A model generated the notes under the pieces. The model searched no databases. It was not told the DNA's origin and saw only the letters and a program-made list of their open reading frames with translations. Both the position numbers and the translations under genes were made by a program. A DNA stretch of 64,000 nucleotides from Podarcis gaigeae (lineage: Eukaryota): assembly GCA_964106915.2 (NCBI GenBank), contig OZ066918.1; one strand, written 5' to 3'. Below are positions 12,889 to 25,287 of the stretch, piece by piece. The stretch's first letter is position 1. Every line of letters starts with the position of its first letter.

Positions 12889-13927
12889 CTAAAAATGAAG
12901 AGATAAAAATGAAAAGATAATGTCAGCAAATCATCTTAAATGTTGTCACCTTAAGTTACATTAAGAGAAATAGATGCAACTGTGAATATACTTGAGATCA
13001 GCTCACATTACTGGCTGGTATAAGTTCAGATCTCCCTACTGCATAGCTGGATGATTAGGTTTCTAGCTTTCTCTGTTACCTGTGTACTTAGTTTACCCCA
13101 GTATTCTCAATCATTTGATAATGACTTGCCAGTCCTCAACCATGTATTGAAAACTGACCACAGATCAGGTTTCTGGTCCTTGATATGGGAACTGGTGTTC
13201 CCTGGTTGGTTGGTTTTTTATATTAAAAAAATCTAGACTAATGCTTGAGTTTAGCTACTACACCTACACTGTATCTCTCAAGCAAAAAGTCATTTTGGAT
13301 CCAGCCTTTGTCCAGCAAGGCCTTGACTGCTGTGCAATTCAGAGCTGTTCTACTGTGTTGGATTTAAATTTGCAGCAAAATGAAGTGGAAATAAGATCGC
13401 AGAATGTTGATGGGCTGTAGTGCCTCAGGCAACAGGTGGGAAATATCACTTCTCAATACTATCCAACTAAAATATTAAAAACCCACACAAAACATCCTGC
13501 AGAAAGGAAACTAGTAGACCAGGGAGAAGTCTTTTGCTGGTTGTGTTGGCTTTCTATTTTTCAACAAAGGTGAGCAATGTACAATGTCACCCCCCCATAC
13601 TGTACAGTCATGTCTTGCATGGGGGGTTATGTTCCCCTGGGTGGTCTGGGTGTTTGGCTTTTAGTGTAGTCCTTCAAAGCAGAAATAGACCAATAAGTCG
13701 TGTGTGGCTTTGATTTTAATTTGAGCTAGAGGAGAATTAATGGCCTTCTAATTCTTGCCTCTCAATTGAGGAAAGCATCATGGAGTCCATGAGCATGGCA
13801 AACTTTGGTGGCACCTCTTCTTTACCTAATGTGTAGCTCCCATGCCAAATTTAAGAAGGCTCAAAAGACCAGTAGCGTAGGCTGCATTTCGCAGTATGAA
13901 AAAGAACCAAGTAGCTGGTTTCATTAC

Positions 13928-14000
13928 CTGAGTGTCTTCCAGCTGTCTTTCTCCATATGATTTTCTGGACCTTCACTTTCAAATGATGCAATAAACAAAG
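13928..14000 (-). CDS. RASGEF1A: Exon 12, (A)LFIASFESEGPENHMEKDSWKTL(R)
   Basis: cctcag|CT...CTC AG|gtaatg; 73 nt. Confidence 0.95.
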
Positions 14001-14649
14001 CTGAGGGTTGGGAGGGTGGGGCAGAGAAGGACGGAAAGTCAGTCAGAACATGTAACAAGATTTTAATCACATAGGAACAGAGGAAGTGGCCTTATATGTA
14101 ATAAGAACGTTGCCCAACCTAGCTCAGTACTGCTTTGACTGGCAGTGTCTTTCCACAACTTGGGACAGGGAACATTCCCACCCCTATCTGTTCCTTCCGC
14201 AACTCAAGCAGAGCTACAGCCTTTCTCCTTTTATAGCCATAATGATGTCAAACGATAGCATTTTAGGAGACATAAAGGATAGAATACATTTTTCCCCTCT
14301 TATCTCCATGGTATTCTGTAAAGCATGGATAGTTATAACTACACCTGCCGCCTTGGACCCTAAGCCTATAAAACACTGTGGTTGCATTATTGTCAGCAGC
14401 CTTGCAAGTATGTATCCTTTCAAATGGAGCCCTAACAGCCGAAGGAATCCTCTAATGGATTCTTAGAATACTGCCACGTGGTTTATGCTTGTCAGTTGCA
14501 GAGTTTATATATTTTCCTCTTCCTCTTCAGCACCAACAACATCCACAGCTGTTGGCAAATCTGCCCATTTTCACTTTCACTGTTGAGCCTTTTGCACATG
14601 TCGTTTGTGGAAATGAGCAAATTTTGCGTGAGCTGCCGAAGAATCTTAC

Positions 14650-14773
14650 CTTCTTCACTATAAATAGGTGCTGTGAGCAGGTAGCTCTGGATTTTCTTGT
14701 CCTTCTCAAAAGGACACTCCACCTGCTTCCATGTGATAAAATCGTGGATTTGCCTTGAAACTTCCCAGAACTT
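14650..14773 (-). CDS. RASGEF1A: Exon 11, KFWEVSRQIHDFITWKQVECPFEKDKKIQSYLLTAPIYSEE
   Basis: cacag|AAG...GAA G|gtaaga; 124 nt. Confidence 0.95.
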
Positions 14774-15703
14774 CTGTGTGTGAGATAAAATTATTCAAAT
14801 CAGCATTTCATTATTGTTTATTTCATGCCACCTTCTGAACTTTGGTTAAGCCTGTAGTTCAACGGTTAGAGATGACAGTGTGCAGCCCCCCCCTCCCCGG
14901 GGGAACAGGGCCATCAAAAGGCTTGTCAACTCTATGGGCTGCATTCAGTGCCACACAAAACAACTTTCTCTTCCTTTCCCCATGCACCCTTCCTTCCAGA
15001 AAGTGCACCAGTCTCCCCCAAACCCTCCAGAGCTGGTTTGAGGTATGTGCAGGAAGAGCCAAGGAGTTTGGTTGCACAAGCACTAGGACAGCACTGGCTG
15101 CATCCCTACGGATTTGCAGTCACCTCCATTGGCACAGCTGCAATGGGCCTTTTTAAAGCTGCTGCAATCGTGCACATGGCAGCAGCCACCTCACTCCCTC
15201 CTCCCATGTAGAAGCACCAGATCATGCAACCAGCTCCTCTGTGCAGTCCTGGCATCACCAGCTTTGTGGCCGAGCAGGGATTTGAACCCAGGCCTCCCAG
15301 GTCCTGTTCTGGCACTAGGTAAAATAGTTTCATCCCCTGCCCATTATGCAGCCAGCACTTCCATCTTCTACAGATGGGGACATAGGAGACAGAGGTTCTG
15401 TGTTCAATGTTGTGATAGCAAGTAACCCATTTTTTTGTCGTTGCTGAGATGCACTCACTTCAAATGCAATCCCCGCCCCCTGCCCCTGATTGGTTAATTG
15501 CTCTAGCTTAAACGTGAGGCTGTGAGCAAGCTGTGACAAAACTATTCTGAAGGAACAGAATGCAAACAGATCGGTATAAAAATGGCCAAGTGGCAAGCCT
15601 CACTGACTACATATGGCATTCTGTTCTTTTGCTTGGATGTTTTGTATGCCTGCAGTGCTCACTGTGCAACTGCTTCATTCACTGCCTGCAAAACAAGCTG
15701 TAC

Positions 15704-15895
15704 CTTGAAGTTTATCTGTCCGTTGGGCAAGTGGTTGGTGTGTATTTTATGCAGAAAGTAGATATCTTTAATGAAGAGGTTGAAAACGGGGATGACTATT
15801 TTCTCCCTGCTGCTGTGTGCTGTCTGCGATCTCTGTGCTGCTCCTTGAAGGGCTGTTCGGTAATTGCAAAAGTTGCTGGATGGGTCCATGTGATG
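15704..15895 (-). CDS. RASGEF1A: Exon 10, HHMDPSSNFCNYRTALQG...HLPNGQINFK
   Basis: aacag|CAT...AAG|gtacag; 192 nt. Confidence 0.95.
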
Positions 15896-16626
15896 CTGTT
15901 CGGATCAAAAAGAGAATTTGTTAGAATTCCTCTGAGTACAAAGGCTTACAAAATTTGCTTTATAGTGATCAGGATGGGGTAATCTGATAATTACAAACAT
16001 CCTCCCCACAGAACCTTCTTGAGACTGGAGGAAGTGCTATTTCATTCCTTTAGTCAGGTTGCATTCTGAGGAACCAAAGGAGTATGGAGAGTTCTGTATG
16101 AAATGGGTGCTTGTCTATATGCTGCATGGGCAGGTTTGGATTTGACCTGGGAGTTGTGATCCAGAGATTTTCAGGGTTGGTTCATACATCCATGTACATC
16201 ATTTGATTACCTGACACCTGATGACCTACAGCTGCACATATGAACTCTGTCCACTGGAAAGCCTTGTGCTGGAGTGATGGGAAAGATATTGCCTATGATT
16301 TGTTGGGTGCACACATATAAGTCACCCGGCATTACTAAATATTGCCTTTGGAGAGAAACATTTGCTATTTTATTGTTTGAAAGTGGGGTGTGCTTCTTTC
16401 ACCAACTGGTTTTTGTTGCAAGGGTCTACTTAGGTTCCAAGTGGCAGAATATTAGTGAAATTTCCAGTGATTCAGGACAAGCCCCCAACAATATCTTTCA
16501 AATATTCCAAACCATTTCGCCCTCCTTGCTTTCTCTCTTCCCCAGTTGTGCTTGTTTTCAAATGATTTAAAAATAACGAGAGGTTTGTGGCAGGAATTAC
16601 TCTGGTTAAATGTTGATCATCACTCT

Positions 16627-16640
16627 CCACCAGATGGCAG
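16627..16640 (+). promoter_or_regulatory. CTCF-like motif CCACCAGATGGCAG
   Basis: Close match to the CTCF core consensus; motif only. Confidence 0.4.
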
Positions 16641-17339
16641 ACTTAAATTGGAGATGAATATACATCATGAAGGCAAAAGGAGAATCACTAGGGTTTAAAC
16701 AGGGCTGATACCACAAGGACTGAGGTGGGGGAGGGGGCACCGGCCACAATTAGGGATATTCCAAGTCCTTTCTCTGAAAGTTCAGCTCCCGTTTTTTAGA
16801 AGGATCTTTTACTTATGGACTAAAGATGCACAGGCACTATTCTGCCCAATTGCTCAGTAAGATGAACCAATGTATTCCTTCTCTGCAGTGTTCCAGCCCA
16901 ATGTGTGCAAAGCTGCAGGTGTCTGATGAGTACTGGGGAACTTTTAAATATTATTTTCTACTGAAACTGAATTAAAGTTTGTGAAGAAATTCAATGGCTT
17001 TTGAGAGATCAGGCTATCTTAGCTGTTTCTTACTCAGCATCTTATAGTGTACCTTTTGAGCTTCATTCATACTGTTTGGCTATGGGCAGAGAACAATTAC
17101 TAAACACAGTTTTAAAGACTTTTTTAAAAGGAAGAAATACATGGCACATTTCTGGCAGTACGTGGCAAAGCATGAACCATTTATGGTGCTATAATGTTAG
17201 TATTATCAAAATGAATGGTTTGGATTTTCATATCATGCTTTAAAATCCATTTTTCTGGGCTGTTCTAGTAATGCATTGATGCGGATTTTTGCTGTTGTGT
17301 TGTGAACCACTTGGGACATGTGGAAAAAGCAGCGTATAA

Positions 17340-17375
<36 letters not shown>
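17340..17375. repeat. (ATG)12 microsatellite
   Basis: Directly visible. Confidence 0.95.
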
Positions 17376-17382
17376 TAATTAC

Positions 17383-17462
17383 CTCTAAAACATCAAATTT
17401 GGCTGTTTTGACTTTGGACCAAGTTTTCTTTAGCCGGGCAACAGGACTCAAGTTCATACCCG
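17383..17462 (-). CDS. RASGEF1A: Exon 9, (S)GMNLSPVARLKKTWSKVKTAKFDVLE
   Basis: ttttag|CG...GAG|gtaatt; 80 nt; RLKKTW motif. Confidence 0.95.
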
Positions 17463-17590
17463 CTAAAAACAGAAAGAAAAAAACGAATGGAAAATTTTCA
17501 GCAAATCCTTGAAAACATCCCTGTATGTCTGTCAGGATGCTTCCTGCAGTATTGTTGGTGCTATGTTCTCCAAATCACTACTTCTGCAGG

Positions 17591-17759
17591 CAGTGGCGTA
17601 GCGTGGGTTGTCAGCACCCGGGGCAAGGCAAGTAATTTGCGCTCCCTAACCCGTGGATTTGCGCTCCCTAACCCGTGGATTTGCGCCCCCTAACCCTAAC
17701 CCCCAGATGTTGCGCCCGGTGCGGCCGGCCCCCCCTGCACCCCTCACGCTACGCCACTG
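17591..17759. mobile_element. Young hAT-type MITE with an internal 22-bp tandem repeat
   Basis: Perfect 15-bp TIR cagtggcgtagcgtg; 8-bp TSD tctgcagg. Confidence 0.9.
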
Positions 17760-18031
17760 TCTGCAGGCAGTTGTGTCAAAGGAGGGTAGTGCAAATGTAT
17801 TGAAGGGCTCTGCTAACCCCAGGTAAGAGATCAGAAACAGGCCATGGGATTGCTTGCTCCTTCTCACTTGTTCCTCTCCTCTCCAGACTGCATCCCTCCT
17901 TAGCCACCCTTTCTATGGTTAAGCACTGCACTGGCACCAGCACTGACCTGGCATCCCACTTAACCAGGATTCTTAAGCCCCCTTCCCTGAAGAGGGAACA
18001 TCTGTAAGTTGGGGTTGCAGCTCTCTTAACT

Positions 18032-18200
18032 GGGGCTGCGCAACCCTTCCAGCCCATTTGCATGTTTAAAGTGCACTTCTGCAGTGGGTGAAAACCCCGA
18101 TCTTCCAAGAGCCTAACTCACACAGGTAACCTCCATGAATACAGAAGGCTGCTGGCTGCAAAAGTGCACTTTAAAGCAAGGTGGGACTGGATGTGTCCCC
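18032..18200. repeat. Inverted-repeat (MITE-like) element
   Basis: tttaaagtgcacttctgcag (18065-18084) pairs 19/20 with 18156-18175; weaker pairing extends outward. Confidence 0.65.
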
Positions 18201-18937
18201 ACAGCCTACATCTATGTGTGTTTCCTCTTAGGTGACAATGCCAGTTTTGAGTCTAGGACAGGAATTCTTCTTAGCTCAATCCCAATTAAGACGGCTGTTG
18301 CGTACCTTAAACATGTTTTAACACAGGATGGAGGGAAATTTTGCTATTGAGAAAACAATTCTGTGTCCACTTTTGGTCACTTTTGTTACATCTGTGCCAA
18401 AGGTTTGAAGCTGGGAGAAGTTTGCATTTTCAGGATTTGGATAATCTCTGATTATCCCCCCCCCCCCAAAAAAAAATGCCCTTTTATGTAATCAGGACAA
18501 TTCACACATTAGGCATACACCTAAAATATTCTAAGTGTGCACTAGATTATGTAGACAAGAAGAGGCGCACTTGTCTTTTGCAAACATGCACTGACTCACT
18601 CTCACCAGGGAGCCAGGATTGGTTGTACCTCTCCGTCAAATATGCTTTGAGCATCAAACTCTGATTTGCCACTCTGCAACGCATGAAAAGGTCTTGTGTG
18701 GCTCGTCTCTTTGGCAAGCGCAGACTACTTTTACCTGTCGTTCCCCTGTCTCTTCTTTTGATCTCCCACCGCTTACCAGTTAATTATTTGGAGAGTCTCA
18801 CTTGGTAATATCTTTGATGCCCATTTGTCATCCAGAGTGCAGCACTCTCAGCGGGACGCTGCATCTACTCAAACACCATCATTCTACTGACGCTGTCACA
18901 CACATTGCCCACAGGTGCCTTGCGGAAGAGTACTCAC

Positions 18938-19040
18938 AGATAATGGCCATCATGGAATTAAAGTTTCCAATGTTGAAGCACTCTCTTGCCACATCAATGA
19001 AAAATTCCACTATTCTTGTCCGCTGCTTTTTCTTCACAAC
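18938..19040 (-). CDS. RASGEF1A: Exon 8, VVKKKQRTRIVEFFIDVARECFNIGNFNSMMAII(S)
   Basis: tttcag|GTT...ATC T|gtgagt; 103 nt; contains the CDC25 NFNS motif. Confidence 0.95.
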
Positions 19041-20798
19041 CTGAAATTTTAAATGCAAAACCTTGAATGGGAGAAGTGGGGTAGCATTTACTCAATGGAG
19101 GCATGGCATCCCGCAAGCAAACAACATTTGTTTTTAAAGGCTTTGAGGAAGAGCATCTCAGTGGAAAAGGTGTTGATGCTCCTATCCTGATTTGAGTCAC
19201 CTCCCCCCCTTTTTAGAGTAAGCCTTTGTGATAGTGATCTAAGATCCCTGTTTTGTTTAAAGAGCCATTATATTTGGAAGATCATGAAAACTTTGTATGT
19301 CCATGGATGCTGGAATCCTGTAGCCTTATGTAAGGAAGAAACTAGGCATTGGGGAAATTTTGTCAAGCAAAGAAAGAATGGTTTTAGTGACTGGAATACC
19401 AAATACATTTAAAACATTCTGTCCTCAAATGTAGAAAATAGGAAATATTCTATCCAGGGGAGGTGTTCTTCTGTAGGGTGGAAGCAGGGGGTTTGCTTCA
19501 CTATAGCACTGAGGATTTATAATCCAGCTTTTTTAAACGTTACTGTTGATAAGATATCCTGAGGTAAAGCACTAAGCTCACTTCAAATCTGCAGGGAAAT
19601 GAGACTAAGCAACAGCATTTGCACAATTATTAAGGCAGAGCAGGAAAACTGCCTCAGACAAGGCAGTGAAAAATTGCCGGCCACTCACTCTCGCTCACCT
19701 CACTATTGGCTGCTAGTCCTGATGCTACCACCTAGCAAAGTGAACATGTCTGCCACCCCATGCACCTTCTTCTCCATCACTGCCCAGAGTGAGGCATTTT
19801 TCCAGGAGAGTCCTGGTGCCACCGCTGCAATTTGCCACAGTGGGGAAAAAAAATATGCACTTAAATCTCCCCCTGAAAACAAAGGGTTTTTAAATTCTTA
19901 GCTTTGTCCAAATGACTGCCCCATGTTGTTGTTTTTAAAACACATTTGCTTCCCACATGACGTGTTGCTGAGTTGCATTTTTTGCCTATGCTGTTTGTAA
20001 TTAGCTTCTGAGAATTAATGGGTTTGGTACAATTATCAGTCACTGTTCACTAGCCTTGTTGATCAATGCTTGCTTTGTGCATTATTTTTTCAAGTTTTGT
20101 TTCTGAGGGCTAACAAACGTTATTTATTTTTCTTAAAGGCAGAATCACATGTAGAGAGAGGCTATATTAGAACCTTTCTCCCAGCATGCAAGATTTTACA
20201 TGCAGAAAATTAACTGACATGGTGGAACATCCAAAAATGTCATTGCCTACCTGCAATCTAAAGTGATATAATTCAGGAAGGACACTACCCTATGATTCTG
20301 CCACATGACTAAGAATTTTGGAAAAATGCACTCCAAAATTTATCACTGTAAGTTTTTCACTACCATACTGATTTCGTACGTCTGGAAGATGATGTTTTGG
20401 GATACATTTCCATCTTCCGGTCAGACTCTGACATGTTACGAATCCTATGTGCGGTTGGTGTCCACCTGTTTGTGTACAGAGAAGACACTTCTGTTGAGGT
20501 AAGCTTACATATCCTCTATATTGGGTTTTCCCAAACTCTAAAAAAGCTGTTCAGCTCTCAGTCACTAATGGTTGTTCTAAGTACCTCTAGAAACTTTCAT
20601 GTCACAGGCACACAATTCTCCCTTCCTTTTTATTATATGGAGTTTGAGAAAGAGGCACATGCTGTATGTTTTAGTTTGGCACTGTAAGCAGCTCAAGCGA
20701 AGCTTGCATCTTGGAAGCCACAAAGACTATTGCATCTCCACACCTACACACTGTTCATTCTAAAGCGAAGATGTACTGTTTGTTACAAGGCATGATGT

Positions 20799-21169
20799 AA
20801 AAGGTAAAAAGGTAAAGGTAAAGCACCCCTGTATGGTTAAGTCCAGTCAAAGGTGACTATGGGGTTGCAGCGCTCATCTCACTTTCAGGCTGAGGAAGCC
20901 AGCATTTTTCCACAGACAGCTTTCTGGGTCATGTGGCCAGCATGACTAAACAACTTCTGGCGCAATGGAACACTGTGACAGAAGCCTGAGTGCACGGAAA
21001 CACCATTTACCTCCCCCCCACAGCGGTACCTATTTATCTACTTGCACTGGCATGCTTTCAAAGTGCTAGGTTGGCAGAAGCTGGGACAGAGCAACGGGAG
21101 CTCACTCCGTCGCAGGGATTCGAACCGCCGACCTTCTGATTGGCAAGCCCAAGAGGCTCAGTGGTTTAG
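20799..21169 (-). mobile_element. Sauria SINE, longer subfamily, 5'-truncated by about 20 nt
   Basis: (ACCTTT)n tail; 14-bp TSD acaaggcatgatgt at 20785-20798 and 21170-21183. Confidence 0.9.
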
Positions 21170-21780
21170 ACAAGGCATGATGTGTGTTCATATGACCAAA
21201 CCCATTCCTGTTCCCTCGCTGTGGTCCAGTTCATACATTTCCAGAGCAACATGGTTGCTGTTTCCCACAGCCCCCATCCCATAAAGTTCCAGAAATACAT
21301 GACACACTGAATTGTGTTGGAGGTGAAAGTCACAGGGGACTTTGCAGTGCCACATCTGCTAGAACTCAAGGGGAAGTACAGTGATGAAGTAGCCTCCTGG
21401 GATATCACTACATCCTACAGTATTAGCGTCGCATGGGATGGAGCCAGGTGAAGCAGCAGTAATGCTGCTTGGGGAATGTATGAATTGGGCTTTTGCTACG
21501 CAGCATGAGTCAAATCAGAATAGGACGAGAACGGGTGCAAAAAATACAAATGGAAGCTGACTTCAAGTGTCAACAAATATTCTGTAAAGGATTGCATTTT
21601 TGCATGGGCGGGTGCATTCATATGCATCCTGAGCCAGAAGAGATGTTACTTGGTGGGAGGTGGCTAAGATACACAGAGTTTCAGCCAAGGCAGTTTGGAA
21701 TGAGTTGGGTCAAAAGCTGAGAGTGAAGGAAGAGTAGCTTGTCGGTTCACAGGCGGCGCATTTCCCTTGTCAGTACTTGC

Positions 21781-21873
21781 CTTACAAATCTCCGTCGCCA
21801 CCAACATGCTGAGGCAATTAAACCAGTTGTCATACGCCTCCAGAGTGTAAGTCTTAGTAACGTCGCCTCGGCA
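21781..21873 (-). CDS. RASGEF1A: Exon 7, CRGDVTKTYTLEAYDNWFNCLSMLVATEICK (GC donor)
   Basis: ttgcag|TGC...AAG|gcaagt; 93 nt; phase 0 is required by the next exon. Confidence 0.92.
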
Positions 21874-24168
21874 CTGCAAAAGAAAGGTTGTAAATTATGC
21901 CTGTATGAAGCGCTTGCAAAAAAATGGTTGTTTCCAGTGATACCCATGCATCTCCACACAAGTGACTTCAGCTTGCATGCTTTAAAGACAGACACACTCT
22001 CCAGGCTGCGATTCAACGGCGACGTGGGGCAAATGAACTCCCCCATCCCATGTGGTATCCTCCTTACCAGATAAGTGCCCTCTGTTATTGGGGAAATGTT
22101 ATGTCCCAAGTTCCGTCAGATGCAAAAGTATTCCCCGTTTGAGACATTTCCAGCAATCAAGTGCCCCACATGGGCAATTCCCCCTCACCTCACAGGATTA
22201 CAGCCTATGTGAGGTCGGGGAGCAGGGCTGAAGTCTCTGGCTCTGCCTCCTATGTCACTTCCTTGTCACCTGGTCTGTGCACCTCTCACATATTGCAAGG
22301 GTAACTTCTTCAGGGGATGGGACCGCTGTAAGTGTTGGATATGTAATGATGGTGCCAGGTGAGACTCACCGGGGAAAACTTTCCACAAGTGGGCAGCCAC
22401 ACTGTACAAATGTGTGAGATGCACCATCTGGGCAATGACAACACCCCCTAAGGAAGGGGTGAGGCCATGAAGCATGGCTCTATTGTTTCCTCCCTTGCAC
22501 AATTATAATTGTGGAAGGGGAACACCCCAAATATGGCCAATTGTTATGGCTATAAGTGCACCATTAAAAGTAAGAATTTTGGTTCTCTTTTATATCATTC
22601 TGAATTTTTGATCTGGACTGCTGTCTGGGAAACCACTTACAGCATTCAGAGAGAAAGGGGTGTATATTTCTCGTGCTTTTCCTCCTGGGGTGTTTGTGAA
22701 AATAGTAAGGATTTGCATATTGTCTTCAATAAGTGTTTAGGAATGAAAAGCGGGGGGGGGGGGATACACACTGTCCAAACCCATTTTGTCATATTTAAGA
22801 GATGACTGCATGTTCAGTAACATTATATGCTAGTAGAGAACAATAGCTAAGGTGGGCGTACTCAACTCACTGTATGTAACTGAGAAACTTCAAATTGCTT
22901 TTAAACTTGAAGGAAGGTTGGAAAAAAACAACAACATATGACACTTTGCTACCTGGGGACTTTAAGGAAAGAGGCTCAAAATAATAAGTACTGGTGTGAA
23001 TTATGATATTTAATCTTTTCTTGTTGTTGTGTCTAGACAGATCCCAGTCTTGTACAATATCCCTGCAGACTTCCTTGACCTCTGAATTCCATAATTGCTA
23101 ACTTGCAGAAAAGAACTGCTACATAAGGTGCTCTTTACATGTTCTCCCAGCTGTGTAGGTGGCAGCTCACAAATAGGGATCTCTCTCCCTCCTACCTGAA
23201 TAAAATCCACAGGGCACCTTAGAGACAAAGGGGATGGGGGCAGCGATAGGGGCTATTGTCTTATCCAGCAATTTGTTTGTTTATCCTCAATGCTTAAGTC
23301 TCATAAAGCATGAACAAAAAAGAAGGCCTCCTTCATCTGTCATGCTATATGTATGCACAATATATTAAAATGTACTGAAAGCCTCAGCTAGCGAAGAAAT
23401 CAGTGCAGTCAGCTTATTTAACAGGAGCTGTCCTATTAGAGCAGAGCTAGCCATATGGTCCTTACAGATGATATTGGACTTCAGCTCTCATAATCCCTGA
23501 ATATTTACCAAGCTTGCTCGAGTTGAGAGTTCAGCATCATCTGAATAGCACCACATTGGCTATCCTTTCTTGATTCTTCCACATCCAAGTGCAGCTTGGT
23601 TGTTTGACAGTTCAAGAAACTAGCTAAATACTGCGGGTGATAATTTTCCTATTTCTTTACATTCGATTCTCGGGTGTAGAAAAACTTGGTATGTGCCATA
23701 GGAACTGGGTGTCAACTTAAATGTGGCAGATTGGGCAGCTATTGATGGAATGTCTACGCCAGTTGTTGTGTACCAAAACTCACATCAGTTCCAGTCACCA
23801 CAGGGCTGTGATTGATGGGAGTTGGGGTCCAAAATATCTAGAGGGCACCTGCTTGGCAAAGGGTGGCCTGCGCTATGGATTTAGTCTGGTGTAACAGTCA
23901 TCCGCTTTCTTGAGGAAATCCTGGAAACACTAGTTCTGGGTGGGAGATAGTAGCCTAGTGATTTCTGGCCAAGGATCTTAATCCTAACCCATACTGTGCC
24001 CTTACCAAGCTACAATGCTCAAGATTCTTTGGGGGAAACTATAACACTTAAACTGTTACAGAAACAAGATAAGTTTGCCTTTGACTTTAAACACCTTTAT
24101 AAGCCATGCACACAATATTACCTGTAGCTCTGTTTCAAATTGCCACTGCGTTCACACTTTGTACGCAC

Positions 24169-24243
24169 CTTGTGATTATCCAGGGAGTCCACGTGGCTGA
24201 CTATTTGCATGAGGTCCTCGGGGTAAATGTTGCTCACCCTCTC
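24169..24243 (-). CDS. RASGEF1A: Exon 6, ERVSNIYPEDLMQIVSHVDSLDNHK
   Basis: tctag|GAG...AAG|gtgcgt; 75 nt. Confidence 0.93.
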
Positions 24244-25065
24244 CTAGATACAGCAAGATAGGAAAGGCCGTCAATTTTGCAAGCACACATATGAGGAACA
24301 GAGAACTGTGACAGCCAGCCAGCCCTGTCGGGCCAGATCTTAATTGACATCTGTTTAACAGAATAGGTTTTGGGTCCTGTAAAAGACACACCTTGTGCTG
24401 CTTCACAGAGTCGCACAGCAGAGAGGAGTGATGGGTGGGCAAAATAACCATTAATGTAGTGGGTCAGGTGGTTTCACAGCTGCATATTCACCAGCAGAGC
24501 TTCCAGGTTAATATTTGGCATCCCTTACTCCAGGTCAGTGAACCAGGGGACAGTAATGCAGATATGTGCTTGGACCTTTAAGATAGGTGGTCCTTGGGAA
24601 AGATTTCTGCTTTCATTTGTCTCTCCTAGGCTCTGGGTGTGTTAGCCTTGCTCTGAGATGACATTTGAAACCAGTCCTGGTAGCATGTATGGATGGGTTG
24701 AGCAGCTGAAGTACTTATTAGAACGATTTAGAAGACAGTGAGCTTCTGACGTTGACTGTGACTCCTCTTCCCCCTCCCTTTCCCTCCTTGAGATATTCCA
24801 AGTCAGGAACAAGAGTTTGATAATGCAATGAATCTCCTAAAAGAGGTTGCAGGAGTGAGAAAGTGATCAGTCGCAAGTGGTCTTTTCTCTCTCCAGCTCA
24901 AGTGAGTTCATTGTCTCTGTAACTGCCAGGCTCCCTTCTTCCTTCAGTCTTATACCTAGAAGCCACTTTTCTCAAACCTTCAAGCTGTAACTCAGAGCTC
25001 GGCTGGAGAACAGCTTGCCCTGGCCCTGCTAAACCTTCAAGTAGATGGAAGATAAAGGAACTCAC

Positions 25066-25287
25066 CAGCTCAATGTGTGTGAGTTGCTGCGCAAGGACAA
25101 GTGGGTCACAGCAAACACTCAGTATGTCCTTCTGTGACGACTGAGGCTTTGTTTTAAGAATTGTGCCTTTGTCAGTCACGGGTTGGCGGAACTTCTCTCT
25201 GATCTCCTGGTACTGATTGCGTGCCGCAAGAGTCATCAGTAGAGTCTGCGTCATCTGGCTGATGATCTTCTTCACAGTTCCATTTTC
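25066..25287 (-). CDS. RASGEF1A: Exon 5, ENGTVKKIISQMTQ...CCDPLVLAQQLTHIEL
   Basis: attag|GAA...CTG|gtgagt; 222 nt; start of the CDC25 domain (AQQLT motif). Confidence 0.95.

Noticed and set aside
15560-15982. Plus-strand ORFs overlapping exons (also 14489, 21739, 29395)
   Set aside because: Antisense shadows of RASGEF1A coding exons.
17635-17705. CRISPR-like or interstitial telomere array
   Set aside because: Contiguous tandem units without spacers, inside a MITE in a vertebrate genome, with only four CCCTAA hexamers.
20388-20435. Box C/D snoRNA-like motifs (gatgatg...ctga)
   Set aside because: Imperfect box C, too short, and antisense to the host intron.
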